From the human T2T-CHM13v2.0 reference genome, Homo sapiens: 64,000 bases of DNA. The notes under the pieces are model-generated. The model was not told where the DNA came from and made no database searches. It worked only from the letters and a program-made list of their open reading frames with translations. Where the stretch lies: NCBI RefSeq assembly GCF_009914755.1, contig NC_060929.1; one strand, 5' to 3'. Made by a program: the position numbers and the translations under genes. Positions 1 to 14,920 of this stretch are shown piece after piece; position 1 is the stretch's first letter, and every line of letters starts with the position of its first letter.

Positions 1-589
1 GATAATGGCACTGGCTCAAAGTGACTTAGTCCAGACATATTTCTCATATTTGAAGAAAGAGGTAAAAATGTAAATAAAATAGTCTTTCATTTACTGTCTC
101 ATTTGTGTTGATGAAGCTACTCTTTAGATTCTGGAAATTAAAGTGATTCTACTAGCAATGACTACTTTATAAAATAAGAAGCTCAATAGTTTAGTAGCCA
201 CAACCATGGATGTGGAACCTATTCAGCAAACGGCTGCATTTGGCGACTTCCCCTTGGCAGAGTCTTTTTCCTTTATAGTTGGATGAAATTATAATTCTCC
301 TTTTAAAAAATGTATTTTCACTGTTTTTGGCAGGCTCCCTCTCTCTCAGAAAATTATTCTCATGTCATCTCTTTCTACTTTGTGCCTTGCATTGATCTGA
401 AGATTTCTCTTTTCAGTTGCTTTGGTTTTATCAAGCTTTTTGTGCAGGCTACCTAGCACAGAGCTAGGTGCCATTTACCTAGCCATTTACTAGATGCTCA
501 GTTTATTACTGTTGTAACTAATAAGGTCTTTCTGCATAGATTAGAGATGAATCTTTGGTTTCAATTTCAGTACATTCAATTTGGGTTTT

Positions 590-775
590 CAAGTTCTTGC
601 TTTGCCACCTTCTGTATTTGAAAGATTGGACCAGTTACAATTTCTCTGAGCCTCAGTTCCTCATCTATAAATGAGAAAACTCATGCTATCTCATGTGGCG
701 CCATGAGGCCTAATAAAATGAGGAATGCAATAATGCTTTGGATTCTGAAAGTGCAGTACACACAGTAGCTATTAA
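590..775 (+). mobile_element. MIR fragment
   Basis: MIR core tttctctgagcctcagttcctcatctataaatgag. Confidence 0.65.
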
Positions 776-1189
776 TATGGAAAGAAAATCCAAACCTCAC
801 TATGAATTATTTACCTGTTATCCACTTCTTTTCATATCAGTGAATCAGGGATCTACCTCTAGTGAGTGGATAGAATGAATGGAAAGAAAGCTCTTAGAAG
901 ACATGGTAAGAGAAATCTCTCTGGCTTTCAGAGCCTCCTGGTGAGTAGGGCCATTGTAATGCTAATTCACAAGAGGGGTGCTGCCCCAGCTCTCTTCTTG
1001 CTTCTTGGCGTGAGTTTTTGGAACAATCTCTTTTCTTCCTGCTGCTGGCTTTTTGAACAGGCTGTCCAGGCATTTTCAATTTGGCAACCAATGCAATAAA
1101 TTACTTCTTAAAATAACTCAAATCACTTGATTTGGCTTGCCCCTAAGACATTTCTCCTTTGATTCATCCTGTGAAATAAAAAAGGAGAT

Positions 1190-1203
1190 ACACACACACA
1201 CAA

Positions 1204-1246
<43 letters not shown>
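1190..1246. repeat. (CA)n(TA)n microsatellite
   Basis: Direct reading. Confidence 0.95.
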
Positions 1247-1247
<1 letters not shown>

Positions 1248-2930
1248 GGATCCAGCCTAGTCCATCTTCTCTTGTACAAACCCCCATATGGTCAAGAACC
1301 CAAGTGTTGCCCTTTTCCAGAACAGTTTACTCTGCCCAAAATTCTTAGCAGTAATGTCTAAGCCCTTCTAAGTGTTGAATGCAACCCCTGGAAAATTTGT
1401 ATTTGCAGAGGTATGTAAGCTATCCTTGTGTAAATTCCTCTAGGGGTTAAGCCCTAATGATTGTGGAAGAAATGAAATGGAAAAATCAGATATAACTGGA
1501 GAGGATTGCACTTGACATAATTTCCTAGCAACCTCCCAGTTTTCAAGGCAATGTTTATTTTATGTGCTGCCTTTCAAAGTGATGCCTTTAATGTTATTGC
1601 TATGTAACATGGCTAATTTTCTCAGTAACATATGTAGCCCAAGGAAGATCTGTGATAAGACTGGAAAACACAAGTTGTCAGTAATTGCACAGTGCCTAGT
1701 TAATTACATTTTAAGCTAGAAACACGTTTTTCTCATTTGCTGTATTGCTGTTATATTTATAAGCTACCCTGCCTCTCTGGAACCTTGTTTTGATCTCTGT
1801 AGAAAAAGGAATATTAGTCTGAGTCTCTGTTATGTTTTCCCTTTGTTTTTGTTCATTTGGCTCCCACTTACATGGCTCCTGTACTGTACATTTAGCTTCA
1901 TCATTCAGACATTTATTCTGAAAGCCATAGATTTTTCATTTTCCTGTTTCCATCTGCTGGAACATTGAAGATTGTCACCTCCTTCAAATTAAAGTAGACC
2001 TTCTCATTCACAAGGGAATCTTCCCAAGGTCTTCAAGAATCCTCAGTTATTAACTTCAAGGAACATTTAATTCCCCCCTCCACACAACAGTTAACTATAG
2101 CTGAAAATTTTAATTGAACTCTTCAGACCCTTAATAATTCTAGATGTACAAGCTTAAGTCATTTGTATGTATATAGCTACAGAAACAAAGCCAGCAACTA
2201 AAATAAGCTCAATCCTGTATTACATTATATTCTTTTGCTAGTAACTTAAATCAGCAAAACTGCTACAGTGATGATAAAAAGGTGCTGACGTGTGGACAAA
2301 GATGAAGATGAAGATGAAATGTACTCACAGAAGCACGAAGTTTGGTCACAGCAGTTCACTCAGGAAGGTGACCCTGAGATCTGGGCCAATCTACAAGATA
2401 TCCAAGGAGATGTTCTGCCTTCAGCCTCTTTAGACTATAAATCATCTTTTTCCTTCTTGGATAAGCACATTTGCAAAAGGCATCTTCCCTTTAATATATG
2501 TCTGTTTCCTCTCTTTAACTCTGAAGACAGGCTTTTGCAGCTAAGTGGTTCTCTCCTATTAATTTCATAGCATGGAATACTTCCTAAAGTTTACTCATGG
2601 AAAAGGTCAGTGTAATTCATAAGAATCAGTCTCAAAGTCTCACTGGTTGCTTCATGAAATGTTTTTACGGGCTTTTTGCTTCTTCTAAAATCACTTTTTA
2701 GTTAAACAGTGTTTTTTTGTTGTTATTGACAAAACCAAATAACTACTTAATCAACTTCGATGAACATTTCTTTTTCGGTTTGATCAACAGCTTTGGCACA
2801 GGGAGTAGCACTCACTAAAATGATTTCGTGGATCACTTTTCTTGTTTCTACAGTTTTTGTGTAGCTGTTCATGTTGTATAGGACATGAACAAAATGAGGT
2901 GGGAGCCGCCTCCTAACAACTTTTCAATAA

Positions 2931-3320
2931 AATTAATAGACTTTATTTTTAGAGCAATTTTAGGTTACTAAAAAGTTGAGCAGAAAATACACACAGAGTT
3001 CCTATATATCACTTCCCCCCTGCATAGTTTCGCTATTAACACCTTGCACTGGTGTGGAACATTTGTTTCAATTGATGAACTGATATTGATGCACTTTTGT
3101 TAACTAAAGTCCATATTGTGTGTTAGGGTTCTCTCTTTGTGTTGCACTGTTCTATGGCTTTTAACAAATATGTAATGTCATATATTTACCATTGCAGTGT
3201 CATACAGTTTTTCTACCCTAAAAATGTCCCATGTTTTACCTATTCCTCTTTTCCCCACCCTTAAACCCTGGCAACCTCTGATCTTTTTAATCCTCTCTAT
3301 ATTTTTGCCATTTCTCATAT
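2931..3320 (-). mobile_element. Old L1M (L1MC/MD-like) 3' end fragment
   Basis: tttagagcaattttaggtt...aagttgagcagaaaatac... to ccctggcaacctctgatcttt resembles an antisense L1M 3' UTR. Confidence 0.7.
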
Positions 3321-4188
3321 AACTTTTCACTTTAAAAATTTTTTACTTTCTGGCTGAGAAGCATGCCTTTTACTTATGTTATTTTCCCTTCATTTTCCTC
3401 ACTGAACTAGCAGAAGATTTTCTTTTCAGAAAGAATATAAATTTTACCACCAAAAAGTTATTGTACAGGCAGCCAAAGTGTAGAATAATAATAGCCAGCC
3501 TGAAGTGTAGTTGTTTAGGGATAACCCAGGCCCACTCACTTGCCAAGTGACTCCTTCTTGCACATTACACTTTGAAGCATAAGATTCAAACTAATTCATT
3601 TACAAAACAATAAATTGCTACATGGCATGGACCTTAAGGTGCTCTTGAGGTCCCTCTAAACATGAGGTTTAAATCCACAAATGCCAAAATGAACTAAAAC
3701 CAGTATATTTGAGCATGTCACTGAGGCTAGTTCCTCTAACAAGAACACAGAGGTTTGATTGCTGCCTCCTCATCCACAGCTGAGCTTGATTCATAGGCTA
3801 CTAAATCAACAGGATCTGATGGTAATGGTGACTCCAACCTAGGTTTCTTATATTGGGAGCAAACAGGAACCAGAATCTGTGCTTCACTGCTCTCAACCAT
3901 CCTTGTCCCAGGAAGACTTGAGCACCTTCCATTCTTCTGTTCTTCTGTGGCCTTGTATGTTGTGTTGTGGGTTATGTTTCTCATAAACTATTATACCTGG
4001 TGAATTCAATTAATTCAAGCAACATTCTCACCAGTTACAGGTACTTAATAGTTTGGGTTCTTTGGATATATCTGGGCAAATATAGGGCTCGTATTTATTT
4101 TATAGAGATACCAAAGAGACAAGTGTAATGCCTAGCATGGAACACACTAAAATAAGCAGGTTTAGAGTGTACCACCCATGGAAGGCAG

Positions 4189-4192
<4 letters not shown>

Positions 4193-4242
<50 letters not shown>
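4193..4242. repeat. (TG)20(TA)n microsatellite
   Basis: Direct reading. Confidence 0.95.
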
Positions 4243-7200
4243 AAACTTCTGTTTTAAAAGTGGACTATTCTTATTATTTGTGATTCATGTTCATATTTTA
4301 TTACTTATTTTAGTGGTTTTAAAATAAATTTACTATATTTTCACATTTCACAAAATCACTAACATTGATTACATATAGGCATAGTTGTCATCTCCCATTA
4401 CAGAAAATTCAGAGAACTATCCAGATTTCTTTATTTTGTTGGATTTGTTGGATTTGGGTTAGTCAAATATTTTGCTTATTGAAATGATGTGTTTATTGAA
4501 ATAGAGTAACCCTGTTAACATACTTTTTAAAGGTTATATCAAGAAATATGTAATAGAAACAGATAAAAAGCACTTTGGAGTTCTCTGGGTCCTTGATAGA
4601 GAAGCCTTTCTGTGGAGTGACCTTATTGGAACATTCAAATCCTAGAAGCAGAGTTACCTAAGATATGCTGAGATATAGAGTAGGGAAGCTGTTAGGAATC
4701 AGATATTGTCCTGAGGATGGGAGTTGGAAGGAGGCAAAAAAACCATTTGGTCTGGGCCTTATATTTACCAAGGAACCTCAAATTGAGAGACTATCTTGAA
4801 ATAAGTTTACTCATGCAGCAATAAGAAACACAGCACTGAAAGATATTCATCACACACGCATATAGTGTGTGTGTTGTAACCTGTTTTAGCATATCTTCCA
4901 TCTATCAGGAGCCCCTAAATTAAATGGCCAGGAGCTCTTCTGACTTATAGGAGATGCAGCATGGTACCTTATAAAATTAATAGGTGTGGATTGTTATAAA
5001 TTTATTTTTAGTAATAATTTTTCCCATGACATCCTGTACAGAGTCCCAAAATATAAGACAAATAGAAGCAAAACTATTCTCTTAGAATCAAAGGTCACTG
5101 GAGCCCCCTCCTGGCCCCTGAGCTTGTAGCTAAGATACATCTGAGGAAACTTAAGACTTCAGAAAACAAGATTTTGAAACCGCTAGACTAGCTTAACCCC
5201 CTTGATTTACAGATACCAACGTGTAGGCTCAAAGAAGTTAGGTATTGTACTCAACATTGCCCAGCTGGGGAGAAGCAGACCCGCAGATACACAATTGTTG
5301 GGTACTTTTCCAGCAGTAGGAATTGCTGAATAATAGTTTCACTTTGATCCTGTGTTATTCTGGATTCAGAAACCCAGAGTTCTCAGGAATAATGGTGTAT
5401 GAAAAGCTGTTAACATGGTCCCCAAAATAAATGCATATGAAAAATGTAACCCAATCAGTCATATTACAAAACCATATCTCTAAATCATTAATACATATCG
5501 CTATCTAGTCCAGCCATGATTTAAAACACGCTCTAATGCAGTTATAATATTAAGGCATATATGTGTGTGTATGGACTCAGGTCTGGCCATCTGTACTCAT
5601 CTGTGAATATAAGTATAGTCAGTCATACCTGAGTCCACATGCACAAGAAAAAGGCAAGGAAAGGAACAGTCCAGGGTGTTCTTTGAAAACTGCAGTCATT
5701 TGGTAAATGATTATGGAATAAATTCCAAACCTTGAGCTCATGCTAAGGCCCTTTGAGATCAGCAAGTGCTTTCCAGAAGGGGCTTTTCAGCAGAGTGACA
5801 TCCTTGCAGCTTTTTCCCAGATTTTTTTTTCACTTCCTTCAATTCCTTCATCTCTCTTCCTAGTGAACTTCTACTGGCCCTATGCTATTACTATAACTTT
5901 CTGCTTTTGAGCCATGGCCCCTTGAGATCTTGGAAAAATAAAAAGAAAATAGAGCCTTGTCTGGACTATAGAGATTTGGAAGCTTATTGATCCAATTTTT
6001 TTTTTTTTCAGGAAGCCAGCTTTGTAATGTCTCAAGCCTATCTTAAGGAAATACACTTTTTTACAAAGCTTATATCGTCGGACCTGCAGTGTCTTGTTGG
6101 CTTGCCTTTTCTAATTCACTTTTAGTTTAGGCAACCCCTCACAAGGTAACTTTGACTTCAGAGATCCCAGCTTCTTAATCAAAATATCTGAAATCGCTCA
6201 TGCCAATTATATTATTCATTGTTTAAAGTGTGCAATGATAGCAAAAATCATCCATTCTTTCTTAGACTATACTTGTTGATCTCAAATCTGTTTTATCTGG
6301 AAATTAACCTCTTTCTGACTTACATTTTTTGGGGGACTTTCTGATCCCATTCCCTCCTCTGTTTTTGGCTGTAGCTTTCTCATGGTGGTGTTGACCATTC
6401 TGAAGAGTCCTGCACCTCCATGAGTTATGTGCTACAGAAAGTCTTAGAGTGAGGAGGAATTTTGGAAGTAGATCCTATGTCACAGGAGAACTCAGGTGAC
6501 AATTCAGAGCAAAGAGATGAAATACCAGTAGAAATAAAAGTAGCTTACACATTAGCCATTATGCTAAATTCTACAATACTCACATATTTAGCAAAATGGG
6601 CATGTTTCTTAGCGACTGCCTGCCGCAGGCAACGTGCCTGCCCATCTTCACGGCAGCACAAGTATGACTATGAAATGAGTTGTAAAGCACTGAAGAGATA
6701 AGAGATAAGGGACTGGGAGGGGGCAGGGATAATGAGCAAACGAAAGCAACAGATCAACAGTACACGTGGATGTTTATTATGGTGTACTAGAAGGATAAGT
6801 CCATTCACATTCCCTGTGTTTTTTTGTTCCATCTCTGCACTATACTGATTGTCTGCTCTTTACCTGACACTGTCCTACTCATCTCCTGTCTGCTCTTCAG
6901 TTGGACTCATTATATTTCTACTTTCTGGAGATGCTTATTAGTTTAGTTTCCTTTTTGCTTAGGCAGGATAATGCTGTGTTTTAAGGAAAAGGCAATACAG
7001 TTTAAAGACAGGTTCTCTAAGTGCCCTACCTTCAGATTTTACCCATACTTTATTTTGGAATATTATCAAATCCTTATTACCATTGTCAAATCCTTATTAC
7101 CACTCATTGTTGTTTGTTTGATGTTCTCATCAAAAATATTTTTTTCCTAGTAAAATCTGAAGGATGGCCACTTACATACGTATTAATAGAGTATATATCT

Positions 7201-7259
7201 TGTTTAAGGTATGTATTTATAACCCCAGATCTGAAAAAGTTGAAACTTCTGATAATGTA

Positions 7260-7420
7260 TGAACTGTAGCTATATTGTACTATATTATACCACTATATAT
7301 AATCATACACTTATCATAACAATGATAATATCATAATGTAATTTTGTATTATATAAGAATACATAATTATATATGATAATTCATATATAATTATTATGTA
7401 TAATTTATTATACCATATTA
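7260..7420. repeat. AT-rich low-complexity tract
   Basis: Degenerate TA/TAT-rich sequence. Confidence 0.7.
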
Positions 7421-9093
7421 TTGTTCACAGGCTGGCAGGCACTGTAATTACATTCTTTCTGTAATCTAGATTTACTCAGGGTTCACTGACTAAATTTATA
7501 CACTGTGGGTATAAATCATAGTTACAGTTTAGATTCTCTTCCTTCATAAATGTTCTTCCATAATCCTTGGATTATGCTTCTGGGAAATCTTGTTTCCTAT
7601 ATAAGCATGTATTATGTTCATATTTTGATTGTGTTCCTTTTAATTATTCTCACTGAACTATTTCAGTATTACAGCTGAAAAAGACATTGGAGAGTGGTGA
7701 TTGAACTGTGGGTAAACTGAGGCTCAAAGATACTGAGTGAGACATCAGCCATGCCACTGCGATTTTATCATTCATTCTTCTTTCTTCTGTGCCCCCAACG
7801 TACACAGACCTCTGTATAAATCCTGAGGCTAAGGGGTATATTCAGGAATATACTCATTCCCACCCAGAGACTGAGTGATTACCAAGAATAGGGGAGACAA
7901 AATAGATTAAGGATGGCCTTCATATTCTGAGTGGGAAAGCAGCTAAGTCCACTGGCCCCTTCTTACAGTCAGTTTCCCACCACTGGTCTTATCTGCACAC
8001 TGAGGTTCTTCCAGCCCTCTCCATTGCTGTGTCTACCCTGAATCTCCCTGCAGGGAGGCTTCTTAAGGGGATGAGCTGTTTCCCTGAAGAGCCCTATGAA
8101 GACAGAGAAAGCAGAAGCTACACAGGTATATCTCCGTGCAGTTCATACCCAGCCTTTGGTACTGCCTTTCTGTCATCAGTTGGCTGTTTGCCTCAGCACA
8201 GTGGAAATTCATCATAGAAATGAACTCTGTCATATATAGCAATTTAGAATACAGCCTGAAGCTCAGAGTGATAAAGGAGGATGGTTTTATGCCCATAAAT
8301 ATATTTAAAGCTGAGGTGAATTGCTACTAGAAAATCATTGTTTTATATGTAAATCTCTACTCCTTTGCCATGGTTATTATAAATAAATCTTTATATATTC
8401 AGGCAAAAGTCTGACTTAAGTTGCACATCCAGGTTAATCTGAATGTAATATAACACAATTGCTCCTCGCTTCTAAATCAAACACTGTAAGATATAATGCT
8501 TGATAATGTTTCATTATTATGCCAAAATGTCAAATTTTTCTCTTTTATTAAGGTAAGTTCAAATCAAAGATGCTTTGTCCCATCACATGCTGTCTCATTC
8601 TATAATATTTTTATGTGCTAATTGTGACTCATATAATCTGCTTACAGAAACTCTCCATTTTCTTCCTGGTTGTTAGTCAAAGGAAGGAATCCAGTGTTTC
8701 CTTTGATACAGAGCTCTGAGAAAGACTTCTATTTTCAGTTGTCTGTTTCACTTCCTTGAAGCTCATGGGAATTGTGGACAAAATGTTTACCCATTGTTAC
8801 TCCACCATCTTTTTTTAAAATGGAAATTTTAACACATAAATAGAAACAGATCCCCTTCTTCATATCCCCAAACATGAATGAGTAATCATAAAACAGGAAA
8901 AGATTCGAGTACAGTCATATAACTCATGTATTAAATGGGTGAATTTCATAGAGTAAAATCAACATACCCTGTCCTTCCTTGGGTCGGGATGTTATCACAG
9001 CCATGTCCCAGACCTTTTTTTGGTTCTACAGGGTATTAGATTAGTGAGGGTTAAAAAAAAATTTTAGTCCAATTTAAAGAAAACATTCATCCA

Positions 9094-9518
<425 letters not shown>

Positions 9519-10410
9519 TCATTCCAGAGAAAGCATAAGGATAGAGATAGTGACAGGTAAAAGAATAGTGTTGTTTGTTTGTTTGTTTTTAGTTGATGCT
9601 ATCTTTTTCAGTTCTTTTAACTGTCAAGTATCCTGTCATGGAAATCATTGAAATGTTAGCTTTTTCATGAGGTTCAAGAGGAAATACCCCATCCACAGAT
9701 CTCTGATGTCCCCACATTGCACAGATCTCTGATGGAATGCGAAAGGCTCCAGCTGAGCCCTTAGAATCCTCCCATGCTCCTGCTGTCCCTGTGGGTAGAA
9801 AGAAAAGTAGCTTACACATTAGCCATTTCACTCAATTCTACAATTGTTTCCCACGTCTTTGCATAGAGAGGTCCTTTTAGGATGCCTTTGAACCCAGGTA
9901 CCTTCTTAGCATTGAGTTGATTGCTGGGGAAGTCTTGCTTTTCCAAACCATAGAAGTACAATTTACCCCCATTGTTCTTCTCTCTCCTTACCTTATATTG
10001 AGGGTTTGTTCTACTCAATTTTTCACCTTAATCTTCTCTATATAAGGAGTCTTGTGTTCATGTGTGCCCCCAAACTCCAAGACTCCCAAGCTCTGCTAAG
10101 AACTCTTTAGTGCCCTTCATCTTCTGGTAGCAGCATGGGGCAGGTCTACATGTTTCTAAAAGCTCAGGAACTGTGGTGCAGGTTGGGGGTTGAAGGATAT
10201 ACAGATCTCCTCATCTGGAATACAACTCTTTTGTCTATAAGTAGCTCTCTTGGAGCCCCCTCACTTGACTTGGTGGCAGGAAATGAAAGCACAGGGAAGG
10301 AAGGGTAAATTCCAATGTTCTCAACCATGAAAAATCCTTCATTGTTTCCTCTTTGTAATGGACCTCTTGCCATCTCTTACATCAGTTCTCAGGTATAATG
10401 TTCACTGGAT

Positions 10411-10711
<301 letters not shown>

Positions 10712-11335
10712 GTCACTGGATATTTCACAGAAGCTGTGAAGATGTATTTAGCTTCTGTCTTCAGAATGTGGTAGAATTTATTACCCAGTTTCCTCAGCTT
10801 AGAAGTTTTCAATAACATTCTAAGACAACTGGAAGTTCTCTCCAATATTCTGTTACAATAAAACTCACAATTAAGCTGCAAATAACATGAAGACACCAGT
10901 TTAAATTTTCCATTTCTTGGGTGTATTTCAAAATTAGTTTATTTGTAGAATCTACTGTAGTAAGTTCCTCAACCAGAAAATGACAGAATGTTGGGGCTTA
11001 AAGAGACATTAAAATTCTTCTAGACCAACCATTTCATTTATTGGAAGACAAATAATGTCTAGTAAGTAGAGAAAGAAAGGCTTGTAATTGTTTGTAATGA
11101 TCTTTGACTAAAAACTAGGATTTTTCTTAATGTATTCTCTGAAGTCTACTTAGAAGGTAAATTTTCAGAACCTGATGGAGACCCAAATCTCATATAGTCA
11201 TATCTGTTTATTTTATGTGAAAACACTAATTACAGTTCAAAGATTATAAATAAAATATGTTCATTCCAAGTACTCTTTTCATTGAACTTCAGGACACACT
11301 GCATGCATACATGTGCACATATGCATACACTCCCC

Positions 11336-11337
<2 letters not shown>

Positions 11338-11376
<39 letters not shown>
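11338..11376. repeat. (CA)n microsatellite
   Basis: Direct reading. Confidence 0.95.
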
Positions 11377-11573
11377 ACTTGATTCCAGGACAGCTGAGTA
11401 ACAGAGTATTTTAATTGATGCTGCAGCTAAGCATGTGAAAGGTTTGAAAGCGACAGAAACTGATCTCAATGAACCTTTGTGATCTTGTACAGTCTCTCCC
11501 TTGTTATTTATTTGAGATGCTAAGTATAACTTTACATTTTGATGGTAATATATTTTAAAACATAAAATGCTTC

Positions 11574-11855
11574 TTTTTTAACTTTTATTATAGGTTTGAG
11601 GGTACATGTAAAGGTGTGTTACATAGGTAAACTCATGTCACAGAAGGTATTGTACAGATTATTTCATCACCCAGGTATTAAGCCCAATACCCAATAGTTA
11701 TCTTTTCTGCTCCTGTCCTCTTCCCACTCTCCCCGTCAAGTAGACTCCAGTGTCTTTTGTTTCCTTCTTTGTGTTCATAAGTGCTTATCATTTAGCTCCT
11801 GCTAATAAGTGAGAGCATGCAGTATTTGGTTTTCTGTTTCTGCATTAGTTTGCTA
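11574..11855 (-). mobile_element. 5'-truncated older L1PA 3' end
   Basis: gggtacatgtaaaggtgtgttacataggtaaac...ttgtacagattatttcatcacccaggtattaagcc; flanked by atgcttctttt on both sides. Confidence 0.85.
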
Positions 11856-11984
11856 AAAATAAAATGCCTATGCTTCTTTTAAGTGAATCCATGCTCCTCC
11901 TGGAAAAAGAGGAACCCCGGTTTACATTACAGGTACCTAATTTCAAAGCTACCATAAACAGTAAAGCTCCTCAGTAGGAAACTG

Positions 11985-12150
11985 CAAAGCACAGTGGTTA
12001 AGAGCATCGTCTCTGGAGTCACATTTCCGGAGTTTAAACCTGTGTTAGTTACTACCCAGCTGTGAAACTTCAATAAAGTTGCTTGATGTCTCTGTGCCAG
12101 TGTTTTCTCATCTATAAATTAGAAATAATAAGAGTGTACTCATTTCATTT
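11985..12150 (+). mobile_element. MIR
   Basis: gcacagtggttaagagca...ctctggagtca...tctgtgccagtgttttctcatctataaa. Confidence 0.75.
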
Positions 12151-12409
12151 TGGTACCATCATAAGCACCAAATACTGCACTTATCATGAGTTGACATTTC
12201 AAGTTCAGCCACTTAAGCTCTTAAATCTTTAAAGATAATAAAACTAAAAAAGTAATGAGAAAAATGTTTATTTTTTCATGTACAGTATAAATTGCATTAA
12301 TTTAATAAAAATTCACATCTGTAAGATATGGTATGATTTGTTCTTTTCTCTTTGGAAAACATGACAGAAACCATGTTTAGTATAGAGAATAAGTATCATG
12401 ATATAAACA

Positions 12410-12415
<6 letters not shown>

Positions 12416-12455
<40 letters not shown>

Positions 12456-12718
12456 GTCGGGATGGAATCTCTCTCTGTTGCCAGCCTGGAATGCACGGCC
12501 TGATCTCAGCTCACTGCAACCTCCGTCTGCCCGGTTCAAGAGATTCTTCAGCCTCCCGAGTAGCTGGGACTACAGGCATGTGCCACCATGCCCAGCTAAT
12601 TTTTGTAGTTTTAGTAGAGATGGGGTTTCACCATGTTGGCCAGGATGGTCTTAATCTCTTGACCTCATGATATGCCCGCCTTGGCCTCCCAAAGTGCTGG
12701 GAGCCACTGCACCCAGCC
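12416..12718 (-). mobile_element. Alu with long poly(T) (36 T) and several small deletions
   Basis: Antisense Alu arms: ctcactgcaacctcc, gtagctgggactacagg, gcctcccaaagtgctgg. Confidence 0.92.
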
Positions 12719-12996
12719 TGTCAAATATTTTAATATGTGAAACAGTGATATCTGAAAGCACATTGTGTTCTATAAGGTCCTATAAAATATTAAATGTTAT
12801 TACTATAATTATAAACCAAATCTTCCTAGAATCTAACAGACTAACAGGTATTCACAGAGTATCAGCTAAAAAGCAATACATCAAAATAATTGTTAATTTG
12901 ACCATTTTTTTGTCATCTTCATTAAAGAATAACTTTTATTAGGATGTATTCTTCATACGTTGTACCAACACCTATGAAATATAAATTAAATAGTAT

Positions 12997-14470
12997 TGTG
13001 GTAAGCAGAATAATGGGCTCCCCCTTGTCCTAATCACGAGAACATGTGAGTATGTTACTTTATATGAAATAAAGGTCTTTGCAGATATGATTAAAATTAA
13101 GAACCTTGAGATATGGGGCTTATCCTAAATTACATGGGTAGGCCTAATTTAATTACACACATCCTTAAAAATAGAGAACCTTATTGGCCATGGTCAGAGT
13201 CAAAAGCAGATGTGACTATGGAAGAAGGGAAAAAATGATGTCATCTTGCAGGCTTTGAAGATGAAAGAAGGGAATCAGAGCCAAGGAAAATAGATGGCCT
13301 CTAGAAGGGTGGAAAACAGCAAGGAAACAGATTCTCCCTGTCAGCCCTGCTGACATCTTGATTTTAGCCCAGTGAAACCCATTTTGGACTTCTAATCTAC
13401 AGACTTTTACTATAAGAAAGTAACGTTGTTTTAAGCCACTAAGTTTGTGATAATTTGTTACAGCAGCAATAGACAGGAATCCAGATTTTGGTACCTGGAA
13501 GTAGGATGCTGCTATAACAAATCCTTGAAATGTGAAAGTGGCTCTAGAATTGGGCAGTAGGCAGAAGCTGGAAGAATTTTCATGAGTGTTACAGAAAAAG
13601 CCTAGATTGCCTTTCACAGGCTGTTAGCAGAAATATGGATGTTAATGGCTCTGCTAGTGAGGACTCAGAAGTAAGTGAAGTACAGGGTAAAGAAAACATA
13701 AATGGCCTTAGAGAATACATAAGTCATCATGAACAGACTGTTAGTAAAAATATGGATGTTAAAAGCACTGTTGGTGATAGCTCAAAAAGAAATAAGGAAC
13801 TTGTTATTGCAAGCTGAAGGAAAGAGGATTGTTCATATATAGTGTCAGAAAACTAAGCAGGATTGTGTCCTACAGTTATGTGGAAGGCAGATTTTTTAAA
13901 TGACGAGGAGATTTCCAAATAAAGTGTTGAAGGTACAGCTTTTTTTGTTACTTATGGTAAAATGCAAGAAGAAACAGATAAATGAAGAAAGGAAGAGGAA
14001 TCAGGACGTGATGATTTGGGAAATTCTGTGTTGAATATATAGCCTGGGTTATTCTTGCTGCTTATAGTAAAATGCAAGAAAAGAGATATAAATTGAGGGA
14101 ATAAAAAAGAACCAGGATGTGATGATTTGGAAAATTCTCAACCTATCCAGATTGCAAAAGATGCTAAAATTAAATTATTTACTGTCAGAAAAGCATCCAT
14201 TAGAGAAAAAGCTGAGAGTGTGGCTGCATAGCCTTTTGCTAATAGTTGAGAAACTATTCAGACTAAGAGTATTCAATCACACAAAAGGCACTTGAAAGAG
14301 ATTAAGAGTGTGACTTACAGATACCCTCAATTAAACCAGGAGTGTTTAGGAAACTTAAAAGCCTTAATCGTCAGCCATCTCAGCAAAAGCCAAAAACAGA
14401 GATGGAATTATCTTGGAAAGACCTGTGGACAAGCTTCTTATCTAATGGAGTAAACTCCTATGACATACAC
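12997..14470 (+). mobile_element. MaLR MLT1 (MLT1D-like) LTR ~12997-13480 followed by MLT1 internal sequence
   Basis: tgtggtaagcagaataatgg start; gttgttttaagccactaagtttgtgataatttgttacagcagcaatag end; gattttggtacc start of the internal region. Confidence 0.8.
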
Positions 14471-14699
14471 CAACATAGTCACCATCTGGTGACTCCACAG
14501 TGCTTCAAAGGAGAGAAACAGGAAGCAGAGTTCATGTGAGTCTGGATCTGTGCCCTGGTCTGGGGTGCACTGGAATTCCCCACTGGAACTGCATCTCATC
14601 TGGTTCTGTGAACTCAAGGGAGGGGGAATAGAGTAAATTTCCAGGAGTACTTCTGGTTCCTCGTGTCCACGTGGGTCTTAGGGCAGTACTATATACATC

Positions 14700-14920
14700 A
14701 AATGTTGTCTAATACTTCCAGTGGGGTCTGGGCCTGTGGTCAAACACTTCAGGTTTTTGGTTTTTGCAGTTAAATGCATGAATTCTCATATTGGTGACAT
14801 AAATCAAAATTACAAAGTAACTTCAGTTTGGGGTTTTCTGCCAAATGAATTATGAAAAATATTAACACTTTCAGCTTTCAGAATTTGGAAGATTTTGAAA
14901 TTTGGGGATTGCAGGCACGT
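14700..14920. mobile_element. Possible degraded Tigger-derived (MER46C-like) fragment
   Basis: ccaaatgaattatgaaaaa...ttcagaatttggaagattttgaaatttggggattgcagg resembles this family's terminus. Confidence 0.4.

Noticed and set aside
2292-2570. 92-aa ORF with acidic start (DKDEDEDE)
   Set aside because: GTG start, driven by a short gatgaa repeat, and no recognisable homology.
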